NCBI GenBank assembly: GCA_040391605.1
Contig: JBEBXK010000008.1
Span: 46,635 to 110,634 of the forward strand
Length of the DNA: 64,000 nucleotides
Direction: 5' to 3'
Source of the DNA: Vulgatibacter incomptus
Lineage (GTDB): Bacteria; Myxococcota; Myxococcia; Myxococcales; Vulgatibacteraceae
The notes beneath the pieces were generated by a model. That model did no database searches, was not told the DNA's origin, and worked only from the letters and a program-made list of their open reading frames with translations. The position numbers and the translations under genes were made by a program. Shown piece after piece: positions 17,921-25,238 of the stretch (positions are counted from its first letter, which is position 1; every line of letters starts with the position of its first letter).

Positions 17921-19061
17921 GCTGCGGCTCGCGCTGGCGTTGGCTGTGTCTGTGACGGCCCTTGGATGGACCGCCGAGGCCTTCGCCTATCCACAATACA
18001 TCGCGAAGGGGTACACGAGCTGTGGTTCTTGTCACTACAGCCCGACGGGGGGTGGGCTACCCAACTCCTACGGCCACCTCGCCGTCTCCGCGACCTTCCC
18101 CGACGAGATGGCCTTCGGGGGCGTCGAGAGGCTGCGGGAGCTGCTCGCCAAGCAAGACGTCACCGGCCGTGGCGCAGACGGCGCTCCCGAGCTGCACTTT
18201 GATGCGGGCCTCGACTCCCGCCTGCTCTTGCTGACCGTGCCCCGCGAGATGGGCGCCTCGCCCTCGCCTGTCCTGATCCCCATGTTGGTCGAGGTCGGCG
18301 GTGTGATGGCCTATGGCGCCGGCTTTGCGTACGCCACGATCACGCCGCAGCCGTCCACCGGCGCCCCGCAGAATCGAAGCTATCGCGCGGTCTCTCGGGA
18401 GCATTGGCTCCAATACAAGGTCTCCGAGGCGCAGGCCCTTCGCGCAGGGCGGATGGTGCTCCCCTTCGGCTTGCGGATCGCCGACCACTCCCAACCCACC
18501 CGCGAGGACTTTGGCTTCAATAAATACGATCAGCGGTACGCCCTCGCCTGGGAGCTCGCCGCGGAGGATTTCCTGGTCTCGGCCGCGGTCTTCGCCGGAT
18601 CGGAGCTCACCACCGTCGACGAGTGGGGGGGCGCCGCCACCTTCACCTACCTGCTGCCGTCGCGGCTGGCGATCGGAGCGTCTTTGCTCGGCTCCGAGGC
18701 GGTCGCGTCTACCCGCCTCGCGGCCAGCGTCTTCGCGAGGTGGAGGATCTGGGACTCCGCCTACGCGCTGGCCGAGGTTGCAGGGCAGCAGCGGTCCGCC
18801 AAGGCGGGCGGCGCGCGCATGGTCGAAGCGGCCACGTTGCTGCGAGTGGGGTACTTCCTGATGGAGTCGCTGGACGCCTACGGCCAGCTCGGCGGGCGGA
18901 CGATCGCTGACGCCTATGAGACCACCAAGCTCCGCTATATGTTGGGCCTGGATTGGAAGGCTCTCCCCTGGGTCGAGCTCTCGCCCGCCTACGTCTTCGA
19001 GGAGGACGTGGAGGGGGGGCCGAGTCATCAGGCGTTGGGACAGCTGCATGTCTTCTGGTGA
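17910..19061 (+). CDS. Outer-membrane beta-barrel protein with N-terminal CxxCH heme motif
   Basis: Signal peptide ending AFA, then YPQYIAKGYTSCGSCHYSPTGGG. The remainder is alternating amphipathic strands with a C-terminal aromatic end (LHVFW). TTG start overlaps yceI. Confidence 0.75.
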   Translation: MKSRLRLALALAVSVTALGWTAEAFAYPQYIAKGYTSCGSCHYSPTGGGLPNSYGHLAVSATFPDEMAFGGVERLRELLAKQDVTGRGADGAPELHFDAGLDSRLLLLTVPREMGASPSPVLIPMLVEVGGVMAYGAGFAYATITPQPSTGAPQNRSYRAVSREHWLQYKVSEAQALRAGRMVLPFGLRIADHSQPTREDFGFNKYDQRYALAWELAAEDFLVSAAVFAGSELTTVDEWGGAATFTYLLPSRLAIGASLLGSEAVASTRLAASVFARWRIWDSAYALAEVAGQQRSAKAGGARMVEAATLLRVGYFLMESLDAYGQLGGRTIADAYETTKLRYMLGLDWKALPWVELSPAYVFEEDVEGGPSHQALGQLHVFW

Positions 19062-19070
19062 GGTCGAACG

Positions 19071-19955
19071 ATGAACAGGCTGCTCCCGCTTGGTGCGCTC
19101 TCGATGGTCCTCGCCGGGGGCATCGCCTGCCTCGGCCCCGGCACGTTGAACGAGTCCGAAGCCTGCGCGGCCGACGGTCCCGAGCTGCTGCAGCTTCGAT
19201 GCCTGAGCTGCCACTCGATCCGGTTGGAAGGAGCGGAGCGGGCCAGCGCTCCGCTGGGGATCGACTTCGACACCGAGGACGATGTGCGGTGGCACGCCGC
19301 GCGCATTCGCGCCGCCGTGCTCGAGAAAGGATCCATGCCCCCGGAGCGGCCGCTCGCCTCCTGCGACCGGGCCACCCTGGAGGGCTACCTCGTCGAACTC
19401 GAGGACGAAGAGTGCGAGCCGTCCTGCGCGGGCCGTTCGTGTGGAGACGATGGCTGTGGCAAGAGCTGCGGTGACTGCGAGCGGGGCGAAGGCTGCGACG
19501 CCGACGGGCGATGCGTATGCGAGCCGATGTGCCAGGGTCTCCAATGCGGTGACGACGGCTGCGGCGGCTCCTGCGGCACCTGTGGAGACGGCCAGGACTG
19601 TGAGGAGGGCCGCTGCGGCAGGCAGCCGGAGTCCTACGCCGCCGACGTCTTCCCGATCTTCGCGGCGCGCGGGTGCGCGGCCTCCGGCTGCCACGGCTCG
19701 ATCCGGCCGTCCGAAGGTCTCGATCTCTCCACGGCAGCCGCAGGCTATGCCGGCCTGGTCGACCACCCCTCGACCCAGTGCAGGACCACGAGACTCATCG
19801 TGAATCCAGGCGACATCGACGGGAGCTACCTGATCAACAAGCTCCTCGGCACCGGGATGTGCGCCGGCGCTCGGATGCCCAAGAGCGGGCCGCCGTTCTC
19901 GGCGGAGGAGCTGAACGCGGTCCGGGCCTGGATCGAGTCGGGAGCGTCGCCCTGA
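19071..19955 (+). CDS. Putative di-heme cytochrome c lipoprotein with Cys-rich repeat linker
   Basis: Lipobox GGIAC. Heme motifs CLSCH and CAASGCH (CX4CH), each followed by MP. Two CEPxCxGxxCGDDGCGxSCGxC repeats in between. Confidence 0.75.
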   Translation: MNRLLPLGALSMVLAGGIACLGPGTLNESEACAADGPELLQLRCLSCHSIRLEGAERASAPLGIDFDTEDDVRWHAARIRAAVLEKGSMPPERPLASCDRATLEGYLVELEDEECEPSCAGRSCGDDGCGKSCGDCERGEGCDADGRCVCEPMCQGLQCGDDGCGGSCGTCGDGQDCEEGRCGRQPESYAADVFPIFAARGCAASGCHGSIRPSEGLDLSTAAAGYAGLVDHPSTQCRTTRLIVNPGDIDGSYLINKLLGTGMCAGARMPKSGPPFSAEELNAVRAWIESGASP

Positions 19956-20076
19956 CGCTCGCAGCTCCCATGTGCCGAGAGCCCATTTGAGCCGCCCACG
20001 CCAGAGGCCGAGCAGAGGAAGGTAGGCTATAGGTGGGGCTGAGCGGCATCCTGCCACTTACGCTCTGGAGGAAGAG

Positions 20077-21006
20077 ATGCCCCGATGGGCGGCGCTGCTG
20101 CCGATTCTTTTCTGCGCCTGTGCGATCCCGAGGCCACCCGCCCTGATGGGGCTGCCGAAGGACGATCGCGACGCGCCCTTGAGCGCGGTGTGGATCGGCC
20201 ACGCCACCGTTCTCCTGCGGATCGGCGACCAGCGGGTGCTGACCGATCCGAACCTGAGCGGCCTCCTCTACATCGTCCCCAGGGACACCCCGGCGTCGGT
20301 GCCCGCCAACGAGATCCCCTTCGTGCAGGCGGTGCTCATCAGCCACATGCACTTCGATCATTTCGACCGCCCCACGCTGCGCAGCCTCTCCCCCAATAGC
20401 GCGCTCTTCTACCCCGCGGGCGGCGAGCCCTACGCGGGGTCGTTGCCGCAAGGCAGGCGCGAGGCCCTGGCGCCCTGGCAGACGGTGCAGGTCGGGAAGC
20501 TCACGATCACCGCTGTCCCCGTGCAGCACTTCGGCGGTCGATACGGGATCGACTCCTTGTGGAATCACGCCTACACAGGCTACGTGATCGAGTATGACGG
20601 GTTGACGGTCTTCTTCGCTGGCGACACGGGCAACGCGCCCGCGCTCTTCCGCGAGGTCGGCGAGCGATTCCCCCGCATCGACCTCGCGCTGATCCCCATC
20701 GCGCCCTACATCGGCGAGACGGGCAATCGCGTCCACGCGAACCCCGCCGAGGCCCTCGAGATCTTTGCGGCGGTCGGCGCGCGCTACATGATCCCGATCC
20801 ACTACGAGGGCTACTACGGCTTCTGGGCGGGCTACGACACGCCCCGGCAGGACCTCGAGGCGGCGGTCGCGAAGACCGGCCTCGGGGAGCGGGTCTTCGC
20901 GCTGCGCCCCGGCGAGCGCTGGATCCTGGCTCGGGGGCAGGAGGCAGGCCCCATCGTCACGCGCGAGCCGCGGCGGCCGCGTGCGACGGAGTCGGCCACG
21001 CGGTAG
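20077..21006 (+). CDS. MBL-fold metallo-hydrolase (NAPE-PLD/RomA-like), probable lipoprotein
   Basis: WIGHATVLL, TDP, SHMHFDHFD, FFAGDTG, LALIPI and PIHY motifs. Signal ends LFCAC. Confidence 0.88.
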   Translation: MPRWAALLPILFCACAIPRPPALMGLPKDDRDAPLSAVWIGHATVLLRIGDQRVLTDPNLSGLLYIVPRDTPASVPANEIPFVQAVLISHMHFDHFDRPTLRSLSPNSALFYPAGGEPYAGSLPQGRREALAPWQTVQVGKLTITAVPVQHFGGRYGIDSLWNHAYTGYVIEYDGLTVFFAGDTGNAPALFREVGERFPRIDLALIPIAPYIGETGNRVHANPAEALEIFAAVGARYMIPIHYEGYYGFWAGYDTPRQDLEAAVAKTGLGERVFALRPGERWILARGQEAGPIVTREPRRPRATESATR

Positions 21007-21024
21007 CGATCGCGGCGTTGAAGA

Positions 21025-21173
21025 TCGGGAGCCGTCGCAGGAAATGCGCACCTGACACCGCGGGCGTCAGGACGGGCCGCTCCCCGGTTTCGCTTGCCGG
21101 CAGTGAGCCGCCGCAGGATGCCTGCGGTTTCGAGCGTTTCGAGGGCGTCGTTCGTCACCTGCACGGCTCCCGA
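21025..21173. mobile_element. Inverted-repeat-bounded mini-element (149 bp)
   Basis: Left TCGGGAGCCGTCGCAGG (21025-21041) vs right CCTGCACGGCTCCCGA (21158-21173): complementary with one bulge. Confidence 0.4.
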
Positions 21174-21198
21174 AGGTTCGCGATCTCTTCACGAAGCC

Positions 21199-21330
21199 TC
21201 AGAGCCTGTGAAGGAATCGCCCCGGCGCGAGGCGGGAGCGATTCCTTCACGCGCGCTGCGCGCGCAGGGCTCTTTTGCGTTTGCTCGCCTTCGGCTTCGC
21301 GAAAGTTCGTGAAAAATTCACGAACTCTCA
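21199..21330 (+). mobile_element. Full-length copy of MITE/REP-like family 1 (126 bp plus TCA flanks)
   Basis: TCA-GAGCCTGTGAA...TTCACGAACTC-TCA: imperfect TIRs and 3-bp direct flanks. Perfect 13-bp stem 21208-21220/21238-21250 and 10-bp stem AGTTCGTGAA/TTCACGAACT. Confidence 0.75.
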
Positions 21331-23064
21331 GTCCAGGACCACCGCGCAGGTGCAGCCGTCGCCGGGGGCACACTCGTCGGCGGTGTCGTTCAGGCAGCGC
21401 AGCCCGCGGCAGCAGCCGGCGGTGGTCGTGCAGGTCTGGCCCGGCATGCCGCAGCTCGCGCCCTCCTCGCATGTGCCGGCCTGGCTCCCTGCCGGGATGA
21501 CGCATGACAGCCCCAGACAGCAGTCTCCGCTGGCGGTGCAGGCCTCTCCCTTGGACTGGCAGATCGGGAGCCTCGCGCAGATGCCGTCGAGGCAATAGCC
21601 GGAGCAGCAGTCGGTGCCCGTCACACATTGATTCCCATTGGGCGCGCACTCGCCACCCGCGCCTCCTGTGCCACCCGTTCCGCCCGTGCCACCGCTACCT
21701 CCCGACCCGCCGCTGCCACCTCCCGGGCCGGTCCGGCAGACGAAGCCAAACTCGCCGTTGTTCAGGCAGGAGGTCCCATCGCAGCATGTGTCCTCGCCAG
21801 GCACACAGCTGTTCCCCGCCGGCACGCAGGTCTCGGTGGCGCAGACGAATCCGCCGCCGTCGCCGGGGATGCAGGGAGCGCCGTCGCAGCATTGGTCGCG
21901 GAACTGGCAGCTCTGGCCGCTCTCGATGCAACATGGTGCCTCCCCCGTATAGCCGTCGGGGCAGTCCGTCGATTGGCCGCCGAAGCAGCGCGGGATCCCG
22001 GACGAGTCCAGCTTGCAGACGCTCTTCTTTCCATCGCAGCAATTCTGCGACGCGTTGATGCTGCCGCCGCCCGGGAGCACGGGGGCGCCGCAGATGTTTC
22101 CGACGGGATTGCAGGCCGTGCCGTTGTCGCAGCGGCCGCCCGCGCATTGGACCGAGCCGTTGGGGTTGATCCCTCCACCGCAGCAGTCGTCGGCGCTGCC
22201 ACATGAGTTGCCGGTGAGACGGCATCCTGCGGCGGGCTGGCAGACGGTGACGCCCGATCCCGGATCGGCGCAGATCCGCGAGCAGCAGGTGGATCCCTTC
22301 GAACAGGGATTGCCGTCGGGATTGCAGCCGGTGGCGCCCGATCCCGATACGACCTCGCAGTAGCCGGCCGCGCCGCCGTGCTGGGAGCAGGAGCCGCCGC
22401 AGCACTCCATGTCGGAGAAGCAGAGGTCTCCGCTCGCCTGGCAGGTGTAGGCGCGGGCGCAGATGCCGTCACGGCAGTTCGTGGAGCAACACTCGGCGCC
22501 GCTCTCGCAGCTCTCGCCCAACACCCCGCAACCATCGCCTCCGGGAACCGTCGCGCAGGCTCCTGCGATGCAGGTCGAGGTGCAACATTGGGCGTCGTCC
22601 CCACAGAGCTGACCCACGCCGAGGCAGCGCTCATTCGAGCACGTGCCGCCCCCAACCCCCGGATCGCAGTGGTTGGAGCAGCAATCCGTGCTGCGGTCGC
22701 AAGTCTCTCCAGCGTCCTTGCAGAAGGAGACCGACGTGCAGACGCCGCCCTCGCAGGATCCCGAGCAACACGGAGGGCCGCCGGCCTCGCATGTGGAGCC
22801 GATGGGCGAGCACACTCCTCCGCCGTGGCCGCCGACGCCGTTGCCAGCCGTGCCTCCCGCGCCACCGCCATCGCCAGCCGTTCCTCCCGCGCCGACGCTT
22901 CCGCCTGCCGCGCCGCTGCCGGAGGTGCCGCCGCTTCCGCCTGCCGCACCAGCCCCAGCAGCGGCTCCATGACCGCCGGGGGACGCCTCGTCGTTCGAGG
23001 AACATCCCGCGAGCGCCAGCAGCGCAAGGCATGAGGTAATCGCGATTCCATTGGCCAGACGCAT
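21328..23064 (-). CDS. Cys-rich repeat lipoprotein (13 knottin-like C-C-CC-C-C units)
   Basis: Lipobox LALAGC. Gly-rich linkers. Repeats such as CKDAGETCDRSTDCCSNHCDPGVGGGTC and CAPNGNQCVTGTDCCSGYCLDGIC. Confidence 0.85.
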   Translation of the reverse strand: MRLANGIAITSCLALLALAGCSSNDEASPGGHGAAAGAGAAGGSGGTSGSGAAGGSVGAGGTAGDGGGAGGTAGNGVGGHGGGVCSPIGSTCEAGGPPCCSGSCEGGVCTSVSFCKDAGETCDRSTDCCSNHCDPGVGGGTCSNERCLGVGQLCGDDAQCCTSTCIAGACATVPGGDGCGVLGESCESGAECCSTNCRDGICARAYTCQASGDLCFSDMECCGGSCSQHGGAAGYCEVVSGSGATGCNPDGNPCSKGSTCCSRICADPGSGVTVCQPAAGCRLTGNSCGSADDCCGGGINPNGSVQCAGGRCDNGTACNPVGNICGAPVLPGGGSINASQNCCDGKKSVCKLDSSGIPRCFGGQSTDCPDGYTGEAPCCIESGQSCQFRDQCCDGAPCIPGDGGGFVCATETCVPAGNSCVPGEDTCCDGTSCLNNGEFGFVCRTGPGGGSGGSGGSGGTGGTGGTGGAGGECAPNGNQCVTGTDCCSGYCLDGICARLPICQSKGEACTASGDCCLGLSCVIPAGSQAGTCEEGASCGMPGQTCTTTAGCCRGLRCLNDTADECAPGDGCTCAVVLD

Positions 23065-23175
23065 GGGCTCTCTCCTGCTTCGAGCGCGAGCATTCACCGC
23101 CTGCGCGCACGTCGGTTGCGAATTCCCGGCCAACCTATCTCAAAATTCTCAAAGCGAGAAGGAGGTCGACGCATC

Positions 23176-23196
23176 ATGTGTGATTTCATCCCACAT
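23176..23196. promoter_or_regulatory. Near-palindromic putative TF site ATGTGTGAT-N3-ATCCCACAT
   Basis: 8 of 9 positions palindromic, in the AT-rich divergent gap about 110 bp upstream of the Cys-rich lipoprotein gene. Confidence 0.25.
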
Positions 23197-23390
23197 CGAG
23201 TAGAGGAAGACCCAGGACGCCAGAGCGGGTGAGGGCGCCGCATGCGCCTCGGTCGTAGCCGCTTCGAGGGCTCTATCCGGCTTGCGCATGCCTAAGGCCC
23301 AAGCCGGGGTGGGCGATGCCCTCCCCCCTCGCATACCGTCGAAGCTGATCCCTCGGGTACGCCTGCCTACCTTTCCGAGGGAGACCGGAT

Positions 23391-24674
23391 ATTCTCGCGA
23401 TCGCGCTGATCATCCTTGGGTTGATCGTGCTGCACGGGCTGCTTGCCGGCGCGGAGGTGGCGGTGGGCGGCGTGCGCAAGGGCCGCGTCCACGAGCTGGT
23501 GGAGGAGAGGCGGGCGGGCAGCCGATCGCTCGAGAGGCTCAAGGCGGAGCCGGAGCGGGCGCTGTCTACGATCCGCTCGACGTCGATCGCGGTTGCGATC
23601 GCGGCGGGGGCGGTGGGCGGAGCCTTCCTGGCGAGGGATCTGGCGGCGACCATCGGGTTGGTGCCGGCGCTGGTCGTGGCGATCGGGGGGATCGCCGTGC
23701 TCTTCCTGATCCTGGGGGAGCTGCTGCCGAAGGCGATGGCGCTGCGGAGCGCGGAGCGTTGGGCCCTATGGACTGCGCTCCCCCTGCGGGTCGCGGCCTG
23801 GCCGATTCGGCCCTTGGTGTGGCTGGTGCGTGGGGCGACCAACGCAGTCCTATGGTTCACGGGCGGGAGCACCTCCTTCGAAGCGCCGCAGATCGCATCG
23901 GAGGAGTTGCAGGAGCACCTGGAGGAGGCGGCGGAGGCCGGGTTGATCGACGCCGGCGCGGGGCGCATCGCCACCCGGGCGATCGACTTCGGCGAGCTGC
24001 TGGCGGCGGACGTGATGGTCCCCCGCAATCGGGTGGTGGCGGTGCCGTTGAACATCGGCGCGGAGGAGCTGCGACGGGTACTGCTGGAGGAGGGGCATTC
24101 GCGGCTGCCGATCTACCGGGAGACGATCGACGACGTGGTGGGCTACCTCTCGATCCGCGACGTCCTCTCGATGGCCTGGGAGTCGGAGCTGATCGTCCTG
24201 GCGGACTTGATCCGGCCGGCCTACTTCGTGCCGGAGACGGTGCACGCGGTGCAACTCCTGCGGGAGATGCAGGGCAGGAGGATCTCGATGGCGATCGCGG
24301 TGGAGGAGTCCGGCGGCTTCGCGGGGATCGTCACCATCGAGGATCTGGTGGAGGAATTGGTGGGGGAGATCTACAGCGAGGATGAGGCGGAGATCCCCGA
24401 GGCGATCCATCGCGGGCACGATCTCACGGCGTTGGTGATGGGGATCGCACCAGTGCGAGACGTGAATCGGGAGCTGGACATCGACCTCCCCGAGGGGGAC
24501 GGCTGGTCGACGATCGCGGGGCTCTGCATCGAGATCGCCGGTAGGATCCCCGAGAAGGGGGCGCATCTCGCCGCCCCAGGCGGGGTGGTGCTGGAGGTGA
24601 CGGAAGCGACGCCCCGGCGGGTACGGGAGGTGCGGATCCACCTGCCCTTCGCCAGCTCCGATGCTCACCCTTGA
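23391..24674 (+). CDS. Hemolysin/CNNM family protein (DUF21-CBS-CBS-CorC_HlyC; Mg/Co homeostasis)
   Basis: GELLPKAMA, VMVPRNRVV, GHSRLPIY, AYFVPET and GIVTIEDLVEELVGEI. The first TM helix extends upstream of the TTG 23421 start given in the ORF track. Confidence 0.92.
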   Translation: MLAIALIILGLIVLHGLLAGAEVAVGGVRKGRVHELVEERRAGSRSLERLKAEPERALSTIRSTSIAVAIAAGAVGGAFLARDLAATIGLVPALVVAIGGIAVLFLILGELLPKAMALRSAERWALWTALPLRVAAWPIRPLVWLVRGATNAVLWFTGGSTSFEAPQIASEELQEHLEEAAEAGLIDAGAGRIATRAIDFGELLAADVMVPRNRVVAVPLNIGAEELRRVLLEEGHSRLPIYRETIDDVVGYLSIRDVLSMAWESELIVLADLIRPAYFVPETVHAVQLLREMQGRRISMAIAVEESGGFAGIVTIEDLVEELVGEIYSEDEAEIPEAIHRGHDLTALVMGIAPVRDVNRELDIDLPEGDGWSTIAGLCIEIAGRIPEKGAHLAAPGGVVLEVTEATPRRVREVRIHLPFASSDAHP

Positions 24675-24768
24675 GGGGCTCGACTGCTTCGCCTGGCTGC
24701 TCTCGTGGCTCGGCTGGACTCTCGGGATGGTAGGCTGGGGACGACCCCGGCCCAGGTGCCGGGACGAA

Positions 24769-24894
24769 TGAAGGGGTCGTGAGGAGATTCACGACCGACT
24801 GCAGGCCAGAGGCGAGCGAGGGCTGGAGAGCGTCCCTCGCGTGCAGCGCGATCGCTGCCGCCTCGAGCCGGGGCGACCGTCTCATGGGCTCTAA
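24769..24894 (-). repeat. Copy of MITE/REP-like family 1 (reverse orientation)
   Basis: Reverse complement TTA-GAGCCCATGAGACGGTCGCCCCGGCTCGAGGCGGCAGCGAT...CGCGCTGCACGCGAGGG...TCGCTCGCCTCTGGC...GTCGTGAA..TCACGACCCCT-TCA. Confidence 0.65.
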
Positions 24895-24915
24895 AGAGCG
24901 AGGATCGAAGGGAAG

Positions 24916-25236
24916 ATGCCGGGATCGAGGGATGAGGGCGACGTGAAGGTCGCCATTCGGCCAAAGGCCGAGCGCAAGCTCGCCAGGCCGCCGATGTGGA
25001 AGGTGATGCTCCACAACGACGACTACACCACCCGGGACTTCGTGGTGGAGATCCTGCGGGGTATCTTTCACCGCTCGGAGGCCGACGCCGTGGCCATCAT
25101 GCTCCACGTCCACAACAACGGAGTGGGCCTCGCGGGCATCTATCCTCATGACGTGGCGGAGACGAAGGTGGCCCGGGTGAAGGACCTGGCGAAGATCAAC
25201 GAGTTTCCGCTGTTGTGTACGATGGAGCCCGCATAG
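24916..25236 (+). CDS. clpS: ATP-dependent Clp protease adaptor ClpS
   Basis: WKVMLHNDDYTTRDFVVEIL, HVHNNGVGLAGIY and FPLLCTMEP. Directly upstream of clpA. Confidence 0.97.
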   Translation: MPGSRDEGDVKVAIRPKAERKLARPPMWKVMLHNDDYTTRDFVVEILRGIFHRSEADAVAIMLHVHNNGVGLAGIYPHDVAETKVARVKDLAKINEFPLLCTMEPA

Positions 25237-25238
25237 AC

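Noticed and set aside
21650-22970. GGx/GGC-rich tandem-like DNA (also 11180-11255)
   Set aside because: Low-complexity Gly-rich coding linkers, not independent repeat elements.
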